DNA of 53,022 nt, the filler included, from Stramenopiles sp. TOSAG23-6 (lineage: Eukaryota), in NCBI GenBank assembly GCA_900128565.1. It is 3 parts of 3 records of this genome, joined end to end, with 100 filler letters (N's around TTAATTAATTAA, not from the genome) between each part and the next. Parts side by side here need not be neighbours in the genome. Positions count along the whole stretch, not along the records: positions 35,507 to 53,022 come from LT636078.1; 2 more parts are not named here. One strand, 5' to 3'. The position numbers were made by a program, and so were the translations under genes. The first letter of the stretch is position 1; every line of letters begins with the position of its first letter. The notes under the pieces were generated by a model that did no database searches, had not been told where the DNA came from, and saw only the letters and a program-made list of their open reading frames with translations. Shown one piece after another: positions 41,305 to 51,499 of this stretch.

Positions 41305-43560
41305 CTAATCTTTTTTTTTAATTTTTTCTTCTAACCATGAAGCAAATTCCGGAAAATACATTTTGCTTGTATTTGATAAACTTATCTTTCTCTTCAAAAT
41401 GAGCTCATGATTTTTTCTAACTACATCCGATACCAATTTTCCATTTGGTCGAATTCGATCGAATACAAAGTTATATAAATCAATTATATTATCAGCATCC
41501 AAACCATTATTATAAAGTGAGTTTGATTTTTCTAACTGTGCAAATTTGTGCTGTGCGATTTTGAGCGCAGCATTCACTATATCTAATGATTTTTCATCGC
41601 AATCATTTGTATATCGGCCTACGTGTAAACCTCCCAGAGTAAGATCTGCGTGTAATAAATCGAGCCATTGACGAGAATGAGAACGCGCCTCTTGTAAAGT
41701 AATGCGATCTGAGAAAGGACGAGAATGAGAACGCGCCTCTTGTAAAGTAATGCGATCTGAGAAAGGATATAAATGATCTATTTCATTTAATGCAACGTTT
41801 TGATCTGAAAAAGGATTTACATGTCGATTCATTTGGTCAAATGCGACATTTTGTACACCCTGAATCGTCTCATTTTCCAAGTTAGGAAATTCAACATTTT
41901 CATCGTCCAAAGAAAACTCTGAAAAGTTGTTTAATATTGGTACATGCACAGATTCATTCTCACTAGCATCTGTAAACAAATTCAATATAATAGAATTTCT
42001 ATTATTATTATCATGTACTAGTGATGATGAATCAGCAGATTTCTGCAAATTAGGAAAGCTCTCAGTCTCATCGAAATTTCCACCTGTTTCTGAAGTTTCA
42101 TCAATGTCACTATAAAGGCTATTTTGATATTCTGATTCTAAAGATTCGCTCCTATCAATGTTTGGTTTCAAATCATACTCACTATTTTTACTATTGTTAT
42201 TATTGGCAGTTGACATTTCTAAATATCGATTGGACTCGTTAAAATTGCCTAGATCTTCATTGAAGTTGTTCAGATTTTCATCAACGTTTTCTACATTTTC
42301 ATTGAAATTAGAATTCGATTTAGCTTCATTAAATGTAAACGTATCAACTGTTTCACCCCAGTTTTTAATTGCATCTAGTACAACAGGTGGTCCTAATTTA
42401 TTGATCGCCGTAGTCATTTCAAATAAAGCTCTATCTAGATCTGATACAGGATTTTCTACCAAATTTTCTTGAATGTCCGCATACACACTGTAATTGTTAT
42501 CTTGTGCTTGGATATTTGATATTGTTGGATTGTTATCTTGTGCTTGGATATTTGATATTGTTGTAGACACTACTAAGGCATTGTCCAAATAGCTCGGCGC
42601 TTCAGCAAAAGTATAATTCAAATTTTTAAAGACAATTTCACCTTCATCCTGATCAGACTCTTTTTGAATTACGTTGTTATTATCATAACCGTTCGTTGAA
42701 ATATTAAATGTATTTTCATGTGGCGGCATAGAAAAAAAATTCAAAGTAGATTCACTTCTTTCAGATTTTGTAAGCTTTTGTTCTTTTGTACTACTTACAA
42801 TTGGACTCATTGGTTCTTTTGTACTATTTACAATTGGACTCATTGGTTCTTTTGTACTACTTACAATCGGACTCATTGGTTCTTTTGTACTACTTACAAT
42901 TGGAATCGACTGTCTTTCTCGCAAATCGAAATTTTGTGTAATGCTCCTAGAACTTCGTCTATTGCGTAATTTCGAATATTCAACAAAATTTTGAGAGTAT
43001 AAATTACAGAGCTGATTTGGATTATGAGACCAGTCACTAGAGTAAAGACTTTCATAACTAGGAGGTTCAGAAGCCTTATATAAATTACTTTCATAACTAG
43101 GAGGTTCAGAAGCCTTATATAAATTAGATAAAGTAGCCTTTTTAGTTGCGTCTTTTTTACTAATACCAGTAGTTGTGGACTTTTGAATTCCCTTATAGTC
43201 AGGGAGTGGCGACTTGTATGATCGAGGGGGACTCCGTGCCACGTTTTTAGATACACAGTCTTGAACACCTATATTACTTTTACTATTCTTTGTATCATTA
43301 TCGGCATTTTCTATTTGGTTTTGTTCCGAACAAGTGTCACGAAAAACTGTTGTTTCTTTGATGCTTAGTGGTTCATCATTTGGTGATTTTGAATAATTTG
43401 ATCTCGTGTTAACATTATTTGTTTGGCGTGTAATTGAATGTACATTAGTTGATAGTTCGTCAACACAGTCCAGAATAAATTGAACCGTGGTAATAGCATC
43501 TCTCTGACTCGGCGTTAACTTTTTGGCTACTTCTGATACATATTTTTCATCTTGTTTCAT
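41305..43560 (-). CDS. Uncharacterised Asn/Ser-rich protein with short tandem repeats
   Basis: 751-aa ATG ORF; repeats PIVSSTKE x4, [13 protein letters not shown] x2, [11 protein letters not shown] x2, [16 protein letters not shown] x2. Confidence 0.7.
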   Translation of the reverse strand: MKQDEKYVSEVAKKLTPSQRDAITTVQFILDCVDELSTNVHSITRQTNNVNTRSNYSKSPNDEPLSIKETTVFRDTCSEQNQIENADNDTKNSKSNIGVQDCVSKNVARSPPRSYKSPLPDYKGIQKSTTTGISKKDATKKATLSNLYKASEPPSYESNLYKASEPPSYESLYSSDWSHNPNQLCNLYSQNFVEYSKLRNRRSSRSITQNFDLRERQSIPIVSSTKEPMSPIVSSTKEPMSPIVNSTKEPMSPIVSSTKEQKLTKSERSESTLNFFSMPPHENTFNISTNGYDNNNVIQKESDQDEGEIVFKNLNYTFAEAPSYLDNALVVSTTISNIQAQDNNPTISNIQAQDNNYSVYADIQENLVENPVSDLDRALFEMTTAINKLGPPVVLDAIKNWGETVDTFTFNEAKSNSNFNENVENVDENLNNFNEDLGNFNESNRYLEMSTANNNNSKNSEYDLKPNIDRSESLESEYQNSLYSDIDETSETGGNFDETESFPNLQKSADSSSLVHDNNNRNSIILNLFTDASENESVHVPILNNFSEFSLDDENVEFPNLENETIQGVQNVAFDQMNRHVNPFSDQNVALNEIDHLYPFSDRITLQEARSHSRPFSDRITLQEARSHSRQWLDLLHADLTLGGLHVGRYTNDCDEKSLDIVNAALKIAQHKFAQLEKSNSLYNNGLDADNIIDLYNFVFDRIRPNGKLVSDVVRKNHELILKRKISLSNTSKMYFPEFASWLEEKIKKKD

Positions 43561-43936
43561 TTCAAAACCCTTTAGTGAAATATTTATATCATGTAGTTGA
43601 ACGAATTCACAGTCAAATCATTCTACGTTTATTAAATGCAGATAGGTAATAGGGAAACACAGGATAAAAAATAAAGTGTAGAGAGCTATCCATATACTAG
43701 TAAATTCGATTTTCGATTTGAAAAATTCTTGGGTTAATTTTGAAAAAAATGTATATATACTGATGTTGACATCAACAGCTATCGGATGGATATTACTATA
43801 TTAATCGTATTTTGACGCAAGTGCATCTTTCAAAATAGATTTATTTTTTTCTACTATGTAGGGTATATTGATTCAAAAAATTATGTAATTTACTATTAAT
43901 ATCAGTTTCTTTCTTAGAAACTCAATGTGTCTATAT

Positions 43937-44866
43937 TTACCTGCAACAGAAGTTGCCTTTGCTTTTTTCACTCAGTTTGGATTTCTCGGTTTTGTTTTCT
44001 TGTTTATATTTCAATTTCTTGGCGTTGAATTCTTGTATTTGCTTTTCGAATTTCATTTTTTCTTCGGCGAAAACTCTCTGAAAAAAAAGGAATTTTCCCC
44101 CCGCTCTATCTAGGGCTTCCCTGTCTTCTTCGAGTATTTTTGTACCTTCATTATAGAGTTTCTTGTGCTCTTCGAATCTATTTTTATCCTCGTTAAAGCG
44201 TTTCTTGTGCTCTTTGAACATGTCTCTATCTTTTCTGAAATTATTAATATGTGACGCGTAATGCTTCTTTTCTTCTTCAAAGAGCTTCTTGTCTTTTTCA
44301 AGTTTTTCATTAGTACTTTCTACATGTGATGTATGTTGCTTCTTGTGTTCCAAGAGGTTCGTCTGTTCTTCATGAATTTTTTGTAAATGTTTTTTGATTT
44401 TTTCGTTCTCAAACGCTACATGCCACGCTTCCTTTTGAGTTTTCTCTCTTTCTTTCTCCAATTGCGCACACTCATGTAAATATTTTTTTTTCTCTTTGGC
44501 TAATAAGTTTCTCTCAGTTGTATACATATCCACTTCTTTCTTGTATAGTTGCTGCTGGATCTTGAACTGTTTTTTATCTTCGCTGATTTCTCTACTGCGG
44601 AGCTCTAACTGGTTCTTTTTCAACTCTAATTTCTTATGTTGTTTTTTAAGCAAATTAGCAACTTCGTCGAAAAGTTTCACGTCAAGTTCAACTTCTGGGG
44701 CATCGTCACTGTCACTGTCACTGTCACTTTCCGGGCTAATTTCGCCTGCATCTTCAGCAATTGATTCTTTCCACTCGTTTTCCAAAAACCTACTTAAATT
44801 GTTGTCGACTTTTTTAAAAGTGGCATCGACTTTTTGTTCAGGAGAATAATATTGATTGCGTTCCAT
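43937..44866 (-). CDS. Uncharacterised K/E-rich coiled-coil protein
   Basis: 309-aa ATG ORF with heptad-like F-E-E-x-K-K repeats. Confidence 0.7.
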   Translation of the reverse strand: MERNQYYSPEQKVDATFKKVDNNLSRFLENEWKESIAEDAGEISPESDSDSDSDDAPEVELDVKLFDEVANLLKKQHKKLELKKNQLELRSREISEDKKQFKIQQQLYKKEVDMYTTERNLLAKEKKKYLHECAQLEKEREKTQKEAWHVAFENEKIKKHLQKIHEEQTNLLEHKKQHTSHVESTNEKLEKDKKLFEEEKKHYASHINNFRKDRDMFKEHKKRFNEDKNRFEEHKKLYNEGTKILEEDREALDRAGGKFLFFQRVFAEEKMKFEKQIQEFNAKKLKYKQENKTEKSKLSEKSKGNFCCR

Positions 44867-45194
44867 TGACTATCCAGTATCTATTGAATATTTGTTTATG
44901 TCTGGGGGTTGGGTATATCACTTTTGTAACGGCATGTACAAAAAAGACACCCAAACACAACGACAACACGAAATAATCAATAATGAGATTCTGAGATCTC
45001 ATCAAAATTAGATCTCAGATCATTCCTTGAAATATACGATATGTATTACGAGAGATCCAATACCAGAAAAGTATTCTTGCTTTGAGCAGTCGAATCTCTA
45101 GCACCATAGATAACAATTGTGATTCTTCAAATACTATTCGCATAGATTTTTGTTCGTTGTTGGCGTTTTATTCCTGATTCGTGAATAATATCGG

Positions 45195-45769
45195 ATGTCA
45201 GGAGCAAAGAAATTTGTCATCAAGCCGTTCAGGCCTAATGTCCAGATGGACGACAAGCAAGCGACAAAAATCTGGAATGCTTTACGAAGCGCTATCCAGG
45301 AGATTCATAACAAGAATGCATCAAGTTTGTCATTTGAAGAACTTTACCGGAATGCATATAATCTAGTGCTGCATAAGCATGGCGAAAAGCTTTATGTTGG
45401 CGTTTATAACACTGTGAAGAGCCATATGCGTGAGGTCGCAAAGGGTGTTGTAGCAACACCTAACGATATGCTTTTGAAAAAGTTGAATGATACGTGGAAC
45501 GATCACCACCACACAATGGTAATGATTCGTGATATTCTCATGTATATGGATCGTACTTATGTTGTACAGAAAAAGAAAATTCCTGTGTATGACCGAGGTC
45601 TACAAATATTTCTCAGTCAAATTACACGAAATACAGAAGTGAAGAGCCGACTTTTGAAATTATTACTTGATAATATACAACGTGAACGAAATGGTGAGAT
45701 TATAGATCGTGGGTTAATGAAAAATACATTGTCGATGTTTATGCATCTTGGATTGAAACGTCGCGATAT
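45195..45769 (+). CDS. CUL3: Cullin-3, N-terminal fragment only
   Basis: KKFVIKPF, AIQEIHNKNASSLSFEELYRNAYNLVLHKHGEKLY, MIRDILMYMDRTYV, IQRERNGEIIDR; no cullin sequence after the repeated intron. Confidence 0.9.
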
Positions 45770-45862
45770 GTATGTTTTATTTTTTTTCAAATTCGAAATT
45801 TTTTTTCGTACGAAATTTTGTACCTAATGAGTTTTTTTTTGAAATATTTTTCCAAAATATAT
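45770..45862 (+). mobile_element. Non-canonical repeated intron at a chimeric junction (93 nt)
   Basis: GATAT|GTATGT..GTACCTAAT..AAAATATAT|TTT; phase-2 donor against phase-0 acceptor. Confidence 0.75.
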
Positions 45863-46808
45863 TTTGGTGTCAAATATCTTGCAAAAACGTATAAAGTGCA
45901 ATTGAGATGGGTGAATACAAATAGAATGCTTGCGTTTGAAATTCTTGCACATGCAATAATAGTACGTTTTTTCCCCAAAACACATTTTTTTTCTCTATTT
46001 GTTTTTTTCATAGACAATTTTGTACCTAATAAAAAAAATATTTCAAAAAGAATATTTTTCACAATAATTGCACAAGGAGAAAGTCTTACAAATAATACAG
46101 TTCCATTTGACTGGCCATTACTTCCGTGTGAATGTATGTTTTCAGGATCAAATTTAAATTCATTTTTTTTCGTACGAAATTTTGTACCTAACAAAAAACA
46201 ATTGAAAATATTTTCCCAAAATTTATGCGATCTAGTACTAAACATGTGTCGCTATATTGAACGACGGTATCTTCGAGAAATATTGATTAATGAAACCTCA
46301 GAAGATGATCTGTCNAAATCATTTAGTACTGCTAAGAGTACTTGGTGTGAACATGGATGGGTAGACATGGTTGAGAATGAAGAAGCAAAAATAGATGTAA
46401 TTTTTTATCATTCATTTATTTTTTTTTTGTTTTGTAAAAAAGATTTTGTAAAAAAGATTTTGTACCTAACGAATACAATTTGTACAACCAAAAAAAACAA
46501 TATTTTTCACAAAACATTCAAAAGAGGAAAACAGTAAAAAAATAGAAAATGATATTCGGAATACTGGATCAAACGTAGTAACAAATGCCACAATGAAATA
46601 TCGCGACAATACTAAAACAAAAAATCACTCTTTCAAACAGTATTTATCAGCAGATTCTACGGAAAGTATAGAAATGTCTTATACAATTAGTGATCAAAGA
46701 CCGAAACTGAAGTTGAGAAGACGTGCTTCTTTGAAAGAGGCAGCTATTTGTGCAGATGCAATGTTTAATAACATAGCAAAAGCTTCACAGAAATCTAAAA
46801 CAAAATAA
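45863..46808 (+). CDS. 3' part of an uncharacterised gene; exons 45863..45961, 46070..46133, 46227..46396, 46518..46808
   Basis: Continuous frame after removing three repeated introns, ending SQKSKTK*. Confidence 0.55.
45962..46069 (+). mobile_element. Atypical repeated intron copy (108 nt, boundaries uncertain)
   Basis: CAATAATA|GTACGT..GTACCTAAT..CACAATAATT|GCA; CAATAAT direct repeat near both ends. Confidence 0.55.
46134..46226 (+). mobile_element. Non-canonical repeated intron (GT..TTTAT, 93 nt, phase 1)
   Basis: GAAT|GTATGT..GTACCTAAC..CAAAATTTAT|GC. Confidence 0.75.
46397..46517 (+). mobile_element. Non-canonical repeated intron (GT..AT, 121 nt, phase 0)
   Basis: GAT|GTAATT..GTACCTAAC..CAAAACAT|TCA; joins in frame to ORF 46593. 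Confidence 0.8.
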
Positions 46809-46951
46809 ATGTATGTAATTAAGTTTTACTATTTTTGTTGTTTATTTATGAATTGACTTTTTGAATGGAATTCTGGAATAACGATGATTTCACCTGTCAT
46901 ATGAATCTAAAAGTATTTATCTACACGACAACTATGTATACGTATATTATA

Positions 46952-49081
46952 TCAACTTCGCCTCAAACGTCTCACTTGACCATGTACAAACTGTCTCGCT
47001 AGAGTTTTTGATATCATGTGTTTACTATTGTCATTATTATCATTATCAATATTATCATTTAGCAATGATTTTAATAGCTTTGATCCTCTAGATACATTCA
47101 CTGCTTGGCGATCTGGTTGAAGGATCAAAAAGTAATTACAAATGAAATGGACACTTTCATCAATGCTTGCTCCAGGTAAAAAGGCTTTTGGGCCAGATGC
47201 AACAAAAGTTTCTTTCGATCTCCAAACACTCATTTTTGTAATACCAAAAGGAATAGACAACGCTTTTGACTTTTGACATATTTCAATGAAATAGTTTGTT
47301 TCCTCACAAAGTGCTTGTATCCAAAATGGATTCCTCTTGCTTTCTGGTATGGCGATTAAATAATACCCTCCTGGCCACGATGAACAGAAATCCAAAGTCA
47401 GTAAATGCGCTGACGTAGAGCCTCGCGCTTTATTTGCTGTTCGGATTATAGGTAATCCGTTTAAAGCACTACTAAGTTTTGTAATTATTACTGAAGAATC
47501 TGTATAACAGTGAGCGCCAATAGTACAACCCATTGGAGAATATTCACAGTTAAGTACATTATTTACAAATGGTCTTGAAGATTGTAATTCCTTAGAATCC
47601 TTACCTTTTGAATCATTTACTTCATTTTTAGATGTAACCAGTCTGTTTTCCGATAATCGTAGAGATATGCGTCGTAGTCTATCCAACGGTAGTTCCTTCT
47701 CAAATTCTTCTGTCTGGCGCAGACTTGCGTAGCATTTGTTACAAACACGCACAGGATTAATTGTATCAATTACTGGTATCATGGCCGTATGCTTTGAACA
47801 ACCATGACACACGCTATATCCGCACTTCCTACAGTGATGACATCGTATAAAAAATCCATATTTTTTACCACAGTGCATGCATGCTGTTTTGTCATCTTTC
47901 CAAATTGCAACATAAGTAGAAAGAATTGATTGTTTCGACTCAACCCTGTCAATAACACTCTTTCTGAAACCAGGCATAGAGCTTTCTAATACTTTAACCC
48001 ATTTTGTTTTTTCCTGAATGGTATCAAATCTTAGTAATACAGTCCACGGATATCCGTGGATCAATATCTGATGTTCATTTTCTTTCACTGTCAATCGATC
48101 TCTAGAATTAGTGCTGATTTCTATTTCGTTTTCTCTGTCTTCCCACTGGGAAATTGTTATATCCTTTTGCTCAACTCCGAGAGAACTCTTCCTTGCTAAA
48201 ATTAGGCTAAATGTCAAAGTTGCTTTCAGTAACACACCGATATACTTACTATTTTTTGATCTACGATAACTCGGTGAAGACATATTGCCTCCAAAAAATT
48301 GAACTCTAAGCCAGCCATCATATACATAAGATACTCCAGGTCTTAATAGGTTGATTGGGTAAGCTCCAGAAGCATCAAGTGCAATATCCTGGAGAAGTAT
48401 GAGCTTGTGTTGATCTTCAATCTGAGCAATAAACTTTTCTATGTGCAACGTGGCGTCATTCATTTTCTTAATTGCAGTGACTAACAATCCGTAATCGGGA
48501 TGATCCATTGGAGTGTTATTAAGGAGAGCTATTAATAAAAGTTTATATCGAGGTACACGCTGTACTGGCGCAATCATTAGTGAGACTAATTTGATTATTT
48601 TCTGGCTACCATTTCGTTTTGAAACCAAATGAGTCGCTTTTCTATCTTGTTTTTCAATGAAATTTCGAAACATGAGGTTGACCTTTTGCAGATCTAGCAG
48701 TGTACGAGATGCGTCTTGATATCTACAAGTGTAATGAGTATACATTTTAAAAAACGGGGCAAACTTAATAAAGATATCTCCTATAGTAAGATCATCAGTC
48801 CAATTAATGCATTTTTCACCCAAGGCTATACAAAATTGACTACCTAGTTTTAGAATAACCTCAACACCTGAGAAGATATTATTCACCTCCTGCTTTGTAA
48901 CAAGAATACTATTATGTTTTTCTTTAAGTGCATCAATATAGAAACGCTTAATCAGACGCAAGTCTTGAACATATTTTATTTCTGTATTGTAAATCTCAAG
49001 TGCTGCGTATGTTCGGTTTGTCTTCACTGTGTCTTCCTTAACAGCTAATGTTGGGATATCTTTTGCAAAATAATTCGACAT
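46952..49081 (-). CDS. RhoGEF (DH)-PH-FYVE protein, FGD-like
   Basis: EIYNTEIKYVQDL, IGDIF, APVQRVPRYKLLL, HPDY; FYVE WKDD..CMHC..RCHHCRKCG..VCHGCS..VRVCNKC. Confidence 0.9.
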   Translation of the reverse strand: MSNYFAKDIPTLAVKEDTVKTNRTYAALEIYNTEIKYVQDLRLIKRFYIDALKEKHNSILVTKQEVNNIFSGVEVILKLGSQFCIALGEKCINWTDDLTIGDIFIKFAPFFKMYTHYTCRYQDASRTLLDLQKVNLMFRNFIEKQDRKATHLVSKRNGSQKIIKLVSLMIAPVQRVPRYKLLLIALLNNTPMDHPDYGLLVTAIKKMNDATLHIEKFIAQIEDQHKLILLQDIALDASGAYPINLLRPGVSYVYDGWLRVQFFGGNMSSPSYRRSKNSKYIGVLLKATLTFSLILARKSSLGVEQKDITISQWEDRENEIEISTNSRDRLTVKENEHQILIHGYPWTVLLRFDTIQEKTKWVKVLESSMPGFRKSVIDRVESKQSILSTYVAIWKDDKTACMHCGKKYGFFIRCHHCRKCGYSVCHGCSKHTAMIPVIDTINPVRVCNKCYASLRQTEEFEKELPLDRLRRISLRLSENRLVTSKNEVNDSKGKDSKELQSSRPFVNNVLNCEYSPMGCTIGAHCYTDSSVIITKLSSALNGLPIIRTANKARGSTSAHLLTLDFCSSWPGGYYLIAIPESKRNPFWIQALCEETNYFIEICQKSKALSIPFGITKMSVWRSKETFVASGPKAFLPGASIDESVHFICNYFLILQPDRQAVNVSRGSKLLKSLLNDNIDNDNNDNSKHMISKTLARQFVHGQVRRLRRS

Positions 49082-49322
49082 TAAGAATTGTACAGTAATT
49101 TGAACATTTGATTCCTATTAGCCGACCTATTTTCAAATTATAAATGGCTCATATGATAATTATTCCTAATGATATCAATAGTAGTAGTAAGACCGAAGAT
49201 AATGATAAAAGTAACTGTTTGTTCGGGGGTTTTACGCCGGTACGTACGTTGAAAATGCTACCTTTCGCTTTACGGACCTCCGACCTTCCTCCTCCGACAG
49301 TTTTTGTGTTCTAAGACATTGT

Positions 49323-51215
49323 ATGTATACCAACATGATTCGGTTTCTAGTAAAAAGTGTGCCATCATTTCTAAAGGGCGACAAGAAATGGCTTCATATT
49401 AGGCAAGGTATACATGGCCAAACATGTAGGACTAAGAATAATAATAATGATATTGATGATGAAAATTTTCTTCTCCTACTATCCAATTCGCAGGAAACAT
49501 CTCCCGAAGTTCTTTCAGCCTTTGCAGTACGCGTGAAGGAAACAATACCGAATATTGATGCGCTATGCGCCGTGAATCTATTGAATTCAGACGAGAGTGT
49601 AATTATAGATGTTCGATCACCTTCTGAGTTTTTATCAGGTCATATATGTAACGCATTCAATGTTCCTTTATTTTCAGATAAAGAACGTGAATGCGTGGGT
49701 ACAACTTTTAAGACACGAAGTCGTGAGAGTGCTCTGACTGAAGGTATGGATATTGTTAGGCCGAAATTGTCAAAATTGAAAGAGAAGGTGGCGGAGCTTC
49801 TGGGCGGTCAGCGCAAAGTTGTTATCTACTGTTCGAGGGGTGGCATGCGATCTCACTCTTTTGCGTTTCTACTTCAACGCCGTTTGCCAAGTGCAAAAAC
49901 ATTTGTATTAACTGGTGGATACAAAAGCTTTAAAAGATGGGCGCGTGAGATGTACTGCTACGTGCCAAATAGTGCCGGATACTCCTGGGCTCGAGAAAAC
50001 ACACATGTGTTGAAAGAAGCTGACATGACCACAACTCACATGGATAGTGACATTGAAAGTGATCGTGCACTACTTCAATTTGTGAAAGGTAAAAAGCTGA
50101 AAAAGTTAATTCAATTACGCGAAGCGGTAAAGAATCCGAAATACATGGAAAGAATGAACAAAAAGAGAGAGCAAAACGTTAGAAGAAAGAACTTGAAAGG
50201 AGAAGACAACACTATGCTGCTGCAAGATGGTGCAGCTCGTCGCGCTGCAACTAATGAGAAAAGGTTAAAACAATTCGAAGGGGATTTGATTACTGAAGTA
50301 AAGAAAAATTTAGCTAAGAAAAAAAAAGAGAAACAAGAAGAAGCACTAGCTGAAGCCCAATGGCCGATAAACTATCCTTCAAAACAACCAAAAGTTATCA
50401 TTATTACAGGCAGAACTGGTAGTGGGAAAACAAGGATTATTCATGCTCTAAGAGACAAACTTGGAAAACAAGTCTTAGATTTAGAAGGAATAGCTATGCA
50501 CAATGGCTCAGCATTTGGGTCAATAGGCCATGGGAATCAGCCAACAAAACAGCAATTTATGAATAATATTGCCATTGAATGGTCGCGTTTAAATGAAAAT
50601 GAGGTTGTATTTATCGAAGATGAAGGGCCTAATATTGGCCAGATTAACTTACCGCTTGGTTTATATCGTTTAATGCAAACCGCGCCTATCATTATCAAGC
50701 TTGTTGTACCGCGTGCTTCTCGTCTCTCAATTTTAATTCAAGATTATGTATGTTTTATGTTTTTTCAAATTCAAATTCGAATATTTTTTATAGTAAATTT
50801 TGTACCTAACGATTTTTCTTTCAAATATTTTTCCAAAATACATGTAGGAGCTGCAGATATAAATCGTGATGAAATGACATCAATAGAGTATGCAAATAAC
50901 ATTAAAATCAGTAAACCATCTGCTGATTGGTTCGAGAAAATGGCTAATGCAACTCGAACATTAGAACGTAGACTTGGACGTGAGCGTTGCAATGAAATGC
51001 TTGAATTACTCGCTGGAAGTAATTTTAGAGATTTTGCAGACAAGGCTTTACATTATTATGATAGACTTTACGATAAACAAATATTCAGAGAAACTAGAAC
51101 TAGTGGCGGTAGTGTCATGGTAGACGTTGTAGTTGATCCTGCATGCACTGATATGAATATTGAAGAGGTTGCAAAAATGGTTATTAAAGAAGTTGACAAA
51201 TTAAATCAAAACTGA
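49323..51215 (+). CDS. selU: tRNA 2-selenouridine synthase (SelU/MnmH)-like; join(49323..50747,50844..51215)
   Basis: Rhodanese DVRSPSEF..GHI..NVPLF, YCSRGGMRS, GGYKSF; P-loop GRTGSGKT, LDLEGIAMHNGSAFG, FIEDEG, YYDRLY. Confidence 0.88.
   Translation: MYTNMIRFLVKSVPSFLKGDKKWLHIRQGIHGQTCRTKNNNNDIDDENFLLLLSNSQETSPEVLSAFAVRVKETIPNIDALCAVNLLNSDESVIIDVRSPSEFLSGHICNAFNVPLFSDKERECVGTTFKTRSRESALTEGMDIVRPKLSKLKEKVAELLGGQRKVVIYCSRGGMRSHSFAFLLQRRLPSAKTFVLTGGYKSFKRWAREMYCYVPNSAGYSWARENTHVLKEADMTTTHMDSDIESDRALLQFVKGKKLKKLIQLREAVKNPKYMERMNKKREQNVRRKNLKGEDNTMLLQDGAARRAATNEKRLKQFEGDLITEVKKNLAKKKKEKQEEALAEAQWPINYPSKQPKVIIITGRTGSGKTRIIHALRDKLGKQVLDLEGIAMHNGSAFGSIGHGNQPTKQQFMNNIAIEWSRLNENEVVFIEDEGPNIGQINLPLGLYRLMQTAPIIIKLVVPRASRLSILIQDYVCFMFFQIQIRIFFIVNFVPNDFSFKYFSKIHVGAADINRDEMTSIEYANNIKISKPSADWFEKMANATRTLERRLGRERCNEMLELLAGSNFRDFADKALHYYDRLYDKQIFRETRTSGGSVMVDVVVDPACTDMNIEEVAKMVIKEVDKLNQN
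50748..50843 (+). mobile_element. Non-canonical repeated intron (GT..AT, 96 nt, phase 0, stop-free in frame)
   Basis: TAT|GTATGT..GTACCTAAC..AAAATACAT|GTA. Confidence 0.8.
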
Positions 51216-51334
51216 TACAAGATAAAAATAAATCTGATTGGAATCAAATCTTGCTCTGTATCATTCAGTGTATGACGTGTCTTATACACACACATAAATT
51301 ATTGTGTTGTCTCTTGTCTTTAGGCTATAGTCAC

Positions 51335-51351
51335 TAGGGTTAGGGTTAGGG
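51335..51351. promoter_or_regulatory. (TTAGGG)~3 motif upstream of the gene at 51500
   Basis: TAGGGTTAGGGTTAGGG, intergenic. Confidence 0.45.
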
Positions 51352-51499
51352 CCGGCCAATCAAAAAATTTCAGAATCATCGAGTGACTTCGACGACTTCG
51401 ACACAATAAAACAAGCATTATTATTATTATTACTTCGACTTCTCGAGAGTCTTGAAAAAAAGTACTCCTCGAGTTGATTTTATTGTGCTTTCTATAGTC

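Noticed and set aside
665-51043. Many short antisense or overlapping ORFs in the track, and an alternative genetic code
   Set aside because: They are shadows of longer recognisable genes. TAA, TAG and TGA all end genes normally, and the interruptions are explained by introns.
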